Below, one piece after another: positions 54,240-63,898 of a DNA stretch of 64,000 bases. The stretch is from positions 96,001 through 160,000 of IMG/VR virus record IMGVR_UViG_3300044856_000241; one strand, 5' to 3'. Each line of letters opens with the position of its first letter. Positions within the stretch are counted from its first letter, which is position 1. A model generated the notes under the pieces. The model made no database searches, was not told the DNA's origin, and saw nothing but the letters and a program-made list of their open reading frames with translations. The DNA is from a virus. Its lineage: Duplodnaviria > Caudoviricetes. Position numbers and translations under genes: made by a program.

Positions 54240-54657
54240 TCAGAAATTCTTTCAGAAAGCCCGCCAGATAGCAAGTATATCAGATTTTAAAAAAATTCAT
54301 GTTGGCTGTGTAGCCGTATACCAAGGAAATATTATTGGAATTGGATGTAATACAAACAAAACACATCCAATGCAGAAATATTACAATCGTTACCGTGTAG
54401 TTGATGATTCATATGAATACAACGACACTCTTCTACCAAAACTTCATGCTGAGATGAATTGTCTCAACAGTATCCGTCATTTCGACATTAAATTCTCAAA
54501 AGTAAAATTATATATCTTCCGCTCCAGAACTACAAAGGCTCATGGTATGGCACGTCCGTGTCCATCATGTATGGCTGCTATCAAGGATATGGGTATCAGA
54601 AATGTGTATTACACCACGGATGATGGCTTCGCGTATGAAAGTGTAGGTGTTTCATAA
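54226..54657 (+). CDS. cytidine/dCMP-deaminase-family protein
   Basis: HVGCVAV, LHAE and PCPSC zinc motifs; start MTKTD. Confidence 0.85.
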   Translation: MTKTDQKFFQKARQIASISDFKKIHVGCVAVYQGNIIGIGCNTNKTHPMQKYYNRYRVVDDSYEYNDTLLPKLHAEMNCLNSIRHFDIKFSKVKLYIFRSRTTKAHGMARPCPSCMAAIKDMGIRNVYYTTDDGFAYESVGVS

Positions 54658-54881
54658 TGTGTGAATACTGTTTGATGATCGGTGGAAAACATGATTGCCG
54701 GTGTCCAAACGCTCCAGATATAGTGTCAGATAAAACCTGTGGTTCTTGCGGTCTGGAGATAATGCCGTGGGAAGAATATGTCGAGAATGATGATGGAGAA
54801 TATATACATATAGAATGTGTTGACGGAATTTATGATCTATTGGATTGGTTGGGATATGAAGTTAAGACTGATACGGATTAA
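54657..54881 (+). CDS. Cys-rich small protein
   Basis: CEYC...CPNA...CGSC...HIEC. Confidence 0.6.
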   Translation: MCEYCLMIGGKHDCRCPNAPDIVSDKTCGSCGLEIMPWEEYVENDDGEYIHIECVDGIYDLLDWLGYEVKTDTD

Positions 54882-54905
54882 TAAGAATTAAATACGGAGG
54901 CAATT

Positions 54906-55301
54906 ATGAATATTGTGAAATTCAAATGGAATTTTGAAAACTTGACACTGGATGATTTTGGATTAGACCCGGAATTAAATATGCTATCCGCTCCTACTTG
55001 TGATTGTGGGTGTGGTGAGAAAGCAAAAGTTTGCCTGGAAAACAGAGAGGATATTTTTGAATTCTGCTGTGGAATGTTATGTGAAATGGACTGTGGATGG
55101 TGTGCTATTTTTGCTATCGATCAGGATAATAAAATGATTGGCGTTATCAAGGACGGTGAAGAATTCAAAAGTATTGGAACAAAGGAACCGATTGATGATG
55201 ATTATGACATGATTGGTGATTTGTTTTACGGGATGGAGTTACATATGTATGGATTGATTGTCAGTGCCGGTGACGGTCTGTATAAGATTGTGGAGGAATA
55301 A
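54906..55301 (+). CDS. Cys-rich hypothetical protein
   Basis: CDCGCG motif; SD GGAGG. Confidence 0.6.
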   Translation: MNIVKFKWNFENLTLDDFGLDPELNMLSAPTCDCGCGEKAKVCLENREDIFEFCCGMLCEMDCGWCAIFAIDQDNKMIGVIKDGEEFKSIGTKEPIDDDYDMIGDLFYGMELHMYGLIVSAGDGLYKIVEE

Positions 55302-55376
55302 AGCTCGTATTAAAATTCGTAATTCTCCACGGAGAATACGTATATATAGATAAAATTTATTTTAGGAGGACACTAT

Positions 55377-56822
55377 ATGGCAAATTATGAACCAGAGTTA
55401 ATGTACGCATTGGATTCTAAAAGTGAATATGCCGATTGGAAGAATGTTTACAATGTTAGTGGCAGTGACGTACTATATTGTCCTATTTGCTTAGGAAGAG
55501 TGAAACTTTGGAATGGACAAGACCCAGAAAGAACTTATAAGAAGCAAAAATGTTTTCATCATATTGATGGAATGTGTTCACAAGAAAGTCGAATCCACTT
55601 TGCTTACAAAACATGGTTACTTAAAGCTGGGAGTAAAATCAAAGTTGGTGAAAAGACATATGAGGTAGTAAATGCAGAAATTGAGAAAACTTTGCATACT
55701 TCATATGGAGACTATAGACCAGACATTATTATTGATACTTCAGACAATAAAAAATTTTTTGTAGAAATCGCTCACACAAATAAGAAAACTGAAGACTATG
55801 TTTTGAAATGGGACAAACTTGGTTGTACTGTACTCGAATTAGATGTCAATGAACAACTACTTACAGCAAAAATCGACGGAGTGCCAGAATTTAAAGTAAT
55901 CTACTCTTCTATTACTGGAGAATGTTATATTAAGCAGTACATTCATTCTGAATATGATGACATGATTACAGAAAGAAAAGTGTTCTGGAAACGTAATGAG
56001 TTAATGAATTATAAATTGCAATGGGAAAAGCTTGATCAGTTTTGGAGGAAGCTTCAAATTTTTTACTCTGGTAAATCGGACATTAACCCTGTTGTTGATG
56101 CTTTTAAAGAAATGGAACCGTCTGATCAGCGTTTTGTTTGTAATAAAATGCGTGGAAAACATTCTATTGTAAAATATGAACTCGAAAATAATTATACAGA
56201 CGTAAAAGATATTGAAAAAAGCCATTTGCAGCATATCAGTAGAATAATTCGGAAACTCAACAAAGAATTTGGTTATAGTAGTTGCAATCCACTGGATGAT
56301 ACTTATATATTCAGAAAAAATCGACATGTAATATTTAAAGATTCTGTTGATTGGGAAAAGCGTTCACATATGTATGTTGATGATGATGTGACAGAAAAAG
56401 ATATATATGAACATTTTCATCCAATTATGGAGAAGTATTATCAGGAACACACCGTTCCTTTAAGAGAACGACTAAAAAATGAAGAACTAGAACGTAATAA
56501 AATTAAATGTTATATAAATTCTCAAATTGTTCCCCAATTAGAGAAGGTTAAAAATAGTATAAATAACTGTCCAAACAATATGTGGAAGATGTCTTATTTT
56601 GTAGACGAATACTATTTAGATTGCGAAATTGAATTATACTTATTAGACGAATGGTATAAACGTTTATATATTTCAAAAGAAGAAATGTGTGAAGAAACTT
56701 ATGACATTCGGAAAGTAGTAACTAATGAAATGAATAGAATGATCGAATTAGGTAAAAGAGGCTCTGACCCAGATTATCCTAGAATCTACTATACAGATAT
56801 CAGAATTATGGAGGACAGATAA
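55377..56822 (+). CDS. CoiA-like PD-(D/E)xK nuclease
   Basis: YCPIC...FHH...ES.IH...K; YRPDI...FVEIAHT. Confidence 0.65.
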   Translation: MANYEPELMYALDSKSEYADWKNVYNVSGSDVLYCPICLGRVKLWNGQDPERTYKKQKCFHHIDGMCSQESRIHFAYKTWLLKAGSKIKVGEKTYEVVNAEIEKTLHTSYGDYRPDIIIDTSDNKKFFVEIAHTNKKTEDYVLKWDKLGCTVLELDVNEQLLTAKIDGVPEFKVIYSSITGECYIKQYIHSEYDDMITERKVFWKRNELMNYKLQWEKLDQFWRKLQIFYSGKSDINPVVDAFKEMEPSDQRFVCNKMRGKHSIVKYELENNYTDVKDIEKSHLQHISRIIRKLNKEFGYSSCNPLDDTYIFRKNRHVIFKDSVDWEKRSHMYVDDDVTEKDIYEHFHPIMEKYYQEHTVPLRERLKNEELERNKIKCYINSQIVPQLEKVKNSINNCPNNMWKMSYFVDEYYLDCEIELYLLDEWYKRLYISKEEMCEETYDIRKVVTNEMNRMIELGKRGSDPDYPRIYYTDIRIMEDR

Positions 56823-56823
56823 T

Positions 56824-59694
56824 ATGATTAAAAATACAGGTGTATACATTCCAAGTATTGATGCGAAGGACATTTATTTGTCCTCACATTATCAAAATAA
56901 AAATGCGGAAGGTTATAGTTTAAAATTAAAAGATGGGAAATATAATCTTCGGAAATTTATAAACACATTTGATTTTAGTCTGGATATAATTGAAATAAGA
57001 GAGATATATTTTAAGAAATTCAGAAAACACGATTTTCAGTTTAGAGTGAAACGACATGACTATTGTGCGAATATCATCAATGTTACTTTTAAATATTCTG
57101 TAAAAGAATGGAACCAGATGAATAAAAATACTTTCGTAAAGTTTGGCTATGATTATAGAGAGTTGGTATTTGATGATGGAATTGCTAAGAATCAAGATGG
57201 AGAAATTGTTGGTATTAAAATTAATGAAAAAATTGACATTCCTCTTGCTACTCTCCCGTCTCCTTTCGTAAAAAAAGAAGTTCAGATTTTTGATAAAAAA
57301 GATAAAAGTTTATTAAAAGAGGTTCAGATCCAGTATGATAAAAAAGGAGAACCTAAGACACTAAAAACAAATGCAGAACTTCGTAAGGAATTATATAAAA
57401 CTGGATTTGTGTGTGACGGCTTTAAATTCTGTCGTATGAAAAGATCGGCAGGATCTGCAAGGGTTGGAAAATGTTTATTCGTTAGAGAAGAATTAGCAGA
57501 ACCAATGCTTTCTTTTAGTTCGGGTGGAATAAAATATGAATATGGAGACCCTATTGATTTAGCCGGTTATGAAAGTTATATTTCTCTTACCTCTAGTAGC
57601 ATTATTGGATTATTACCAATTAAACCAGAGAATATATTGTTAATTGATGATTATGACAGTATTTTTAACGAAGACGTTGTTGAAACACATGATGAAAATA
57701 AATGGTTAGTAACAACAGAGAAAAATTGTACAATTTCAAATACGATTTGGGATGGTCAGTCATTAATGGACGTATCATTGTTTGGCGAGTACTCTGAATA
57801 TGGTATGGTTTTACTTCGGAACCTTATGTTTAAATCATGTTGTTTTAATTGTAATATCCAGCAATGGTTCAAAGATAATGGAATTACAGATATATCTCAG
57901 CTAAATGGTAAGACACGCGCAACAAAAATTGAAGATGTGAAGCTTATCACCACGTCGAACAGTATTAAATATCTAAAATTCAGTAATTTTAATGAATGGC
58001 TTGATTATTTGTATCCGAATTTCGGCGTTGTAAAACATGACAAGAAAACTCATTTCTTCGGCGGTCGTTTGGTGCAAACTCATTACCAGTTGCTTAACAC
58101 TTTGCAAATGACTCAAGATGAAGTTGCGGAATTTTTGCAGGAATCATTAAAATTTGCTCAAATGCTTAGAGATAAACCAGAAGTGGTTCGTCATTACATT
58201 AAATATCCAGACGTTGATGAAATGGACCCGCTGAGTAGACCGATGAATAGTAAAAGTGATGTTGTTTACAATTTATTGTGTATCAATGATGATTTTGTTA
58301 AAACTAAGTATTATCAGGAATTTTTACATGATCTTTTAGCTTCCTACTATAAAAATTTAAAGAACGGACATGTCTATGTGAATGGCAATTATTCTACTCT
58401 CTTAGGAAACCCGATTGAGATGTTACAGCAGTCTATTGGAAAATTTAATGGAGAAAGCCAGATTGGAATTGGTAATATTCATAGTACACGCTTTAGATAT
58501 AATCAGACACTTCTAGGAAGTCGTTCTCCTCATGTTACAATTGGTAATATTTGGCTTCCATATAATACCGAAAATGAAATGATTGATCGTTATGTTAATG
58601 CAACAAACGAGATTGTTTGTATCAATTCAATTGGCGAAAATGTTTTACAAAGACTTTCTGGTGCAGATTTCGATAGCGATACTGTAATGCTTACAGATAA
58701 CAAATATCTTATCACTGCGGCGCAGAAAAACTATCATGTATTCAAAACACCAACTGCTTGTGTTGGTTCATATAAAGTGGAAAGATATTATACACCAGAA
58801 CAACAGGCAGATCTTGATATTGTTACATCTGTAAATAAAATTGGAGAAATTGTAAATTTATCACAAGAGTTAAACTCTTTGCTTTGGGATAGTATATATC
58901 ACGGTGCGACCTATGATGATATTAAAGATTTATATTATGATATTTGTCAGTTAGATGTAATGTCTGGGATAGAAATTGATAAAGCAAAAAAAGAATTTGA
59001 CATCGATAATAAAAAAGAATTGGACAAACTTCGTAAAAAGTATGATGAATTTGTAAGGGAATATGAAACAGATGAAGATGGAAATACAATTAGAGGAAAA
59101 AAGAAAATGCCGCATTTCTTCTCTCATATCTCCAAGCAGAAAGGTTATTACAATCCTGATAAAAAACATTATTGCAAATATCATACAACAATGGATTACT
59201 TGCAGACTGTTGTTAATGGATTTCGAATTAAAAATCCATATAAAAAAGATTGGCAGCCGTTTGTATCAATTTTAGACAGTACATTTTTCAGAACATCTAG
59301 TGTTAATCAGAAGCAGATCAATAAAATTTATAGTATTTTGAAAAGATATATTAATGATAGAAAAAATATTTATGCTTCTGAAACTGATACAAAAGAAGAA
59401 CGAGCGATACGAGTATTAAAATTAAAAGAAGATTTAATATCTGATATTGAATCTGAAACAATAGGCTTTTCTACATTGTATCGTTTATTATCATCTCTTG
59501 AAGACAAAGAAAATACAAAAATCAAAAATCTTCTTATGGAAATCTTATCCCTTTGTGGAAATGAAAGTTTCAACAAAGCAATTCTTCAATCCAAAAAATC
59601 AATTAAACAAATTGAAGAGGACGGAAAAGACATTGAGATGTTCGGAATCGGATATAAAATTGCAGAAAAACAAAGAAATTCGGCGTTGAAGTAG
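56824..59694 (+). CDS. YonO-like single-subunit RNA polymerase (RdRP-like double-psi beta-barrel)
   Basis: RSAGSARVGKCLF, DGQSL, LLRN.MFK, GSRSPH, catalytic GADFDSD, EIDKAKK. Confidence 0.88.
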   Translation: MIKNTGVYIPSIDAKDIYLSSHYQNKNAEGYSLKLKDGKYNLRKFINTFDFSLDIIEIREIYFKKFRKHDFQFRVKRHDYCANIINVTFKYSVKEWNQMNKNTFVKFGYDYRELVFDDGIAKNQDGEIVGIKINEKIDIPLATLPSPFVKKEVQIFDKKDKSLLKEVQIQYDKKGEPKTLKTNAELRKELYKTGFVCDGFKFCRMKRSAGSARVGKCLFVREELAEPMLSFSSGGIKYEYGDPIDLAGYESYISLTSSSIIGLLPIKPENILLIDDYDSIFNEDVVETHDENKWLVTTEKNCTISNTIWDGQSLMDVSLFGEYSEYGMVLLRNLMFKSCCFNCNIQQWFKDNGITDISQLNGKTRATKIEDVKLITTSNSIKYLKFSNFNEWLDYLYPNFGVVKHDKKTHFFGGRLVQTHYQLLNTLQMTQDEVAEFLQESLKFAQMLRDKPEVVRHYIKYPDVDEMDPLSRPMNSKSDVVYNLLCINDDFVKTKYYQEFLHDLLASYYKNLKNGHVYVNGNYSTLLGNPIEMLQQSIGKFNGESQIGIGNIHSTRFRYNQTLLGSRSPHVTIGNIWLPYNTENEMIDRYVNATNEIVCINSIGENVLQRLSGADFDSDTVMLTDNKYLITAAQKNYHVFKTPTACVGSYKVERYYTPEQQADLDIVTSVNKIGEIVNLSQELNSLLWDSIYHGATYDDIKDLYYDICQLDVMSGIEIDKAKKEFDIDNKKELDKLRKKYDEFVREYETDEDGNTIRGKKKMPHFFSHISKQKGYYNPDKKHYCKYHTTMDYLQTVVNGFRIKNPYKKDWQPFVSILDSTFFRTSSVNQKQINKIYSILKRYINDRKNIYASETDTKEERAIRVLKLKEDLISDIESETIGFSTLYRLLSSLEDKENTKIKNLLMEILSLCGNESFNKAILQSKKSIKQIEEDGKDIEMFGIGYKIAEKQRNSALK

Positions 59695-59815
59695 CTCTTA
59701 GATTACGGGTTTCGTGACCAAATTTATTTTACATAGGAGAGGGTGGTTTTCATCTATTATTTTACTGACTACTACCCTACTCTTATTGTGAATTTCGGAG
59801 AAGGAGTGATTTACA

Positions 59816-60136
59816 ATACACGATAAAACATATTATAACCAACAATTTGTTATAAATCAAATTCAAAATGATACTGGCTGCTCCGCAAGAGATGTGAATA
59901 AAATATTGTCATCTCTTCGAAATGTGGTAAAGGATAAACTTAGTGATGGGGAAAATGTTGAACTAAAATTATTTCCTGGACTAAAGGTAACTTCAAAGTA
60001 TATACCATCTGAGCAGTCAAATCTTAATCTTTGTAATAACGGTACTATTACTTCTGACTATCTATTATATCTTAATGGCGAATTCAGCCACAGGTTCAAA
60101 GAAGAAATAAAACAATTACATAAACAGAAAGTATAA
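59816..60136 (+). CDS. HU/IHF-like DNA-binding protein (probable ATA start)
   Basis: helix-helix then VELKLFPGLKV beta-arm; position after YonO-like gene; SD AAGGAG 9 nt before ATA. Confidence 0.5.
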   Translation: MHDKTYYNQQFVINQIQNDTGCSARDVNKILSSLRNVVKDKLSDGENVELKLFPGLKVTSKYIPSEQSNLNLCNNGTITSDYLLYLNGEFSHRFKEEIKQLHKQKV

Positions 60137-60269
60137 TCTAATTTTGGATTTTTTCTATCATACCTCCATATGATTTTCATATGATACTCTCCTCTTCTTT
60201 TGTCAGTGACTGCACTGCAGTTCTTGTGGTGTGGTTACTGATATCAGTGTAGAGAGAATAAAATATTAC

Positions 60270-60345
60270 AGCGGAATGACGAGCAATTTGGAAGCTCACC
60301 TGTCTCATAATCAGGAGTATGTGGGATCGTGCCCCACTTCCGCTA
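60270..60345 (+). tRNA. atypical tRNA with CAT anticodon (Met/Ile2-like, possibly pseudo)
   Basis: AGCGGAA/TTCCGCT acceptor, GAGC/GCTC D-stem, CTCATAA loop, GTGGG/CCCAC T-stem with ATCGTGC loop. Confidence 0.6.
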
Positions 60346-60402
60346 TTTTCCTGTATTTACAGGCGGCTGATTTCGGGTCGTTAAATAAGCGTAGTGATAC
60401 GT

Positions 60403-60690
60403 GTGAGTTACCACAAACTATATAAGTTTGCGGTTTCTGTTAAATAGCTCACCAGACTAAGTTGTTAGAAATGGCAACTACGATATTTAGGTCATGATAC
60501 CCTCGGTTGACGCAACAGACCGTCGCTCTATCATACATATTTAAGTTAGGTCAGAGTAAGAACAGCCTTGTGATATGTATGCGAAAAGCTTTTATATCAT
60601 TGTCGAGTTGAAGTCGGAACAGCTGTGTGGTAACAGTACAGCAAAGTACGCATCACCTGCCATTTGGTAGAGTATTTATAAGGAGGAACT
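60403..60690 (+). ncRNA. omegaRNA (HEARO-like) scaffold of IscB
   Basis: GTGAGTTA..TAGCTCAC first stem followed by CAGACTAAG, CTACG, CATTGTCGA motifs directly upstream of iscB. Confidence 0.7.
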
Positions 60691-61965
60691 TATTTATGGT
60701 TTATGTGATTTCACAAGATAGTAAACCATTAATGCCCTGCAGTAATCCAATTGCAAGATTATTACTTAATCAAGGCAAAGCAAAAGTTAAGAGACGTGAG
60801 CCATTCACAATTAAATTGATTTATGAAACAACAGATTACACTCAAGACTTAACTCTTGGTGTAGATACTGGAAGCGGAACTATTGGTACTGCTGTAAGTA
60901 AAGACAATGGAGATATCGTCTATATGTCAGAAATTGCTGTAAGAAACGACATTACTGACAAAATGACACGAAGAGCAAAGTATCGCAGGAATAGACGAAA
61001 TCGTAAAACTCGTTACAGGAAAGTAAGATGGCTTAATCGTGCTAATTCTATACGAACCGATAGGTTTAGTCCTACAATGCAGAGCAAACTTCACAGCCAT
61101 GTAAAGGAGATAGAATACATTAAGTCTATTCTTCCGATCACAACAATGGCGTTTGAAGCAGGACAGTTTGACACGCACTTAATGAAAAATCCAATCTTGC
61201 TAACCCAAAAGTGAGACTATGGGGATACCAAAAAGGTGCTAATTATGGATTTGAAAATACTAAAGCAATGGTACTTAACAGAGATAATTACACCTGTCAG
61301 TGTTGTAAGGGTAAACACAAAGACAGTAAGCTGGAAGTGCATCACATAGTATTTCGTAGTCAATGTGGCTCTGATGAAGCGAGCAATCTTATTACTCTGT
61401 GTCATACCTGTCACAAAGACTTGCATAGTGGAAAGATTAATTTTAAATTGAAAGGCAAATTGAAAGGCAATCTTAAATATGCTACACAAATGAACTCTAT
61501 CCGTAAACAGCTTTTCAAATTATATCCAGATGCTATTGAAACTTTCGGATATGTAACAAAAGTAAACCGTTTGCATTTAGGCGTAGCCAAAGAACATTAT
61601 TATGATGCCTGTGTGATTGCAACACAAGGCAGTATATTTACCGTAAAATCTAATCTTTACAAAAAGAAATGTGTTTCTGATGGTGATTTTCAAAAGACTA
61701 AAGGTATTCGTTCTGAACAACCTATTGTTACAAATAAAATTTGTGGCTTTAGAAAATTTGATAAGGTTCGATATTTTGGGAATGATTACTTTATCAAAGG
61801 AAGAATGTCTACTGGATACACAATTCTTATGGATATTGACGGTAACAAAGTTGACTTTTCGGAGATGCCTAAGGGTTACAAAACACCAAAAATGATAAAT
61901 TTAAAAAGAGTGAAAGCTCGTTCCTCATGGATGGTCACGACGATAACAACTGTCCAAAATATAGT
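60403..61965 (+). mobile_element. IS200/IS605-family IscB (OMEGA) element, non-autonomous
   Basis: omegaRNA plus iscB, no tnpA in the window. Confidence 0.65.
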
Positions 61966-61969
61966 ATGA
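60696..61969 (+). pseudogene. iscB: IscB RNA-guided nuclease split by a 1-nt deletion near 61194
   Basis: PLMP, RuvC-I LGVDTG, RRxRR bridge helix, RuvC-II E, HNH (CQCC..HHI..NLITLC..CH), RuvC-III HYYDA. Confidence 0.85.
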
Positions 61970-62083
61970 AAATACATGCTGTACTTGTGGAAAATATAGA
62001 AAGAAAATTTTAAAATTAAATAAACAAGCTTATAGTATTAATATTTTGAAAAGTCTCATGCTCTGGCATGGGATTTTTTATTT

Positions 62084-62158
62084 TGGCTAATAGCTCAGTC
62101 CGGTTAGAGCACATGTTTGTTAAACATGGGGTCGTAGGTTCGAAGCCTACTTAGCCAG
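62084..62158 (+). tRNA. tRNA-Asn(GTT)
   Basis: TGGCTAA/TTAGCCA acceptor, GCTC/GAGC, CATGT-TTGTTAA-ACATG, GTAGG-TTCGAAG-CCTAC; no encoded CCA. Confidence 0.9.
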
Positions 62159-62207
62159 TTACTCTCCCGCCGTGCGGGAAATTTTAATGAAATGGATGTG
62201 AATTATT

Positions 62208-62384
62208 ATTTTATCTATCAATAGAAAAGAACGCGATGAGTTACTTAAAATGGGGGTTAGATTAGGTTCTGGCGGAATCAGTTGTACTCATAGTAGACAT
62301 TCCGGAATTTCATATTTTCTTTGCGAATCCGAGTGGAATGTTTGTAAATTGGAGAAAATTCGTGATCGCGTGAAAATTAAATAA
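62208..62384 (+). CDS. small hypothetical protein with probable ATT start
   Basis: open frame ILSINRKERDELLKMGV...; SD-like GGATGTGA; in-frame TGA just upstream. Confidence 0.45.
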   Translation: MLSINRKERDELLKMGVRLGSGGISCTHSRHSGISYFLCESEWNVCKLEKIRDRVKIK

Positions 62385-62401
62385 AAAATACATAATGAAA
62401 G

Positions 62402-63856
62402 GTGGTTTCACCCATCAGTAAGAAGAAAAAAGAAATATCTCTTGAAGTAATCGGCGGTAACGCCGAAGGAGTAACAGGGTCTTGTACAAAAATAGAATTC
62501 TTTGGCAGAACAATCCTATTTGAACTAGGTATGGTTCAGGACAATACTACGGTATTAGAAAATTATAAAGCAAATTGTGCCATTATGAATAAAGTAAAAG
62601 CTAGGTCAATAGAAATGGTTGTTGTAGGACACAATCATTGTGATCACATTGCTTTAATCCCAATGCTATTTGCTCGCGGAAATACTGATGTAAGAATTAT
62701 TGTTCCGAAAAACAGTACGTCTATCATTAGAGAAATGTGGCTGGATTGTTGCTATATTAATACAAGAGATATTGAGGCTTTAAATAGAAAAGGTGATAAA
62801 TCTTATACTCCACTTTATACAGAATATGAAGTTGAACAGGCTTTATCACATATAGAAGAAATACCAGTTGGCGAAGTAGTTACATTGGATGAAAATGTAG
62901 CAATCAGATATACACCAGCAGGTCATATTTTATGTTCTTGTCAGACGGAATTATATATCAATGGTGGTTCTCACACTAAAAAAATCTTATTTACGTCTGA
63001 TCTTGGCAATCGAATGATTGAAGATAGAAAATTCTTTGTAGAACCGTTTGAACCAGTAGCAAATGCTCAGATTGTACTTGGCGAATGCACTTACGGCAGA
63101 CGAAAAGGTTCTATGTCAAAAAAGGATATCCAGTTAGATAAAGATAAAATGAAAACTGTAATTGAGCAGTATTGTGTTGATAATAAGCATCGTGTACTAA
63201 TCCCGACGTTTTCTCTCGATCGCACCCCTTTTATTATATGGGAATTATATAAATTATTTGGAAAAGATGAGAATTTTAAAGTACCGGTGTTGGTTGACAG
63301 TCCTTTAGCAAACAGACTGCTGGATTGTTACTCTTCTATTCTTGAAGGAGAAGCGAAAGAACAATTCGATGAGATGATGTCTTGGAGTAATCTGAGGAGA
63401 ATTGTTAGCCCAGAAGAAAGTAAGGCTGCAGTTGCGGATAAAAGTGCAAAGGTTATTTTGAGTTCATCCGGGATGATTTCTGCGGGGAGATCGGTGAAGT
63501 GGTCGCAAAACATTTTGCCGAACGAAAATGATTGTATTCTCTTTATCGGATATGCTGGTGTTGATACTTTGGCATGGAAAATAAAAAACTGCCAGGATCA
63601 GAAGACAATTAATATCTGTGGGAAGCCATATGCGAATAAATGTGCAATTGTTGATTTACATTCATATTCTTCTCATATGCAGCGACAGGATTTATTGAAT
63701 TACTATAAATCTATCAACACAGAAAAAATTTATCTAATTCATGGTGACAAACAGGCACGTTTGGAATTTAAGGAGGATCTTGAAAATGAACTTGAGAAAA
63801 GCTTATCTTCTGCTCGTGTTGTGATTGTCAACAAAGGAACAAAAATTAAATTATAA
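62402..63856 (+). CDS. MBL-fold beta-CASP ribonuclease
   Basis: VTGSC, HNHCDH, AGHIL, TSDLG, ECTYG, PTFSLDR, SSGM...GR, SSH motifs. Confidence 0.88.
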   Translation: MVSPISKKKKEISLEVIGGNAEGVTGSCTKIEFFGRTILFELGMVQDNTTVLENYKANCAIMNKVKARSIEMVVVGHNHCDHIALIPMLFARGNTDVRIIVPKNSTSIIREMWLDCCYINTRDIEALNRKGDKSYTPLYTEYEVEQALSHIEEIPVGEVVTLDENVAIRYTPAGHILCSCQTELYINGGSHTKKILFTSDLGNRMIEDRKFFVEPFEPVANAQIVLGECTYGRRKGSMSKKDIQLDKDKMKTVIEQYCVDNKHRVLIPTFSLDRTPFIIWELYKLFGKDENFKVPVLVDSPLANRLLDCYSSILEGEAKEQFDEMMSWSNLRRIVSPEESKAAVADKSAKVILSSSGMISAGRSVKWSQNILPNENDCILFIGYAGVDTLAWKIKNCQDQKTINICGKPYANKCAIVDLHSYSSHMQRQDLLNYYKSINTEKIYLIHGDKQARLEFKEDLENELEKSLSSARVVIVNKGTKIKL

Positions 63857-63898
63857 TCCCAAATGGGAAATTTATAGAATTATGGAGGCTTTTAGCCT

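Noticed and set aside
56824-59694. Reverse transcriptase or true RNA-dependent RNA polymerase
   Set aside because: No YxDD motif; motifs match DNA-dependent YonO-type polymerase
60627-61969. Two separate genes (RRXRR protein and HNH endonuclease)
   Set aside because: Domains are collinear with a single IscB; one indel explains the split
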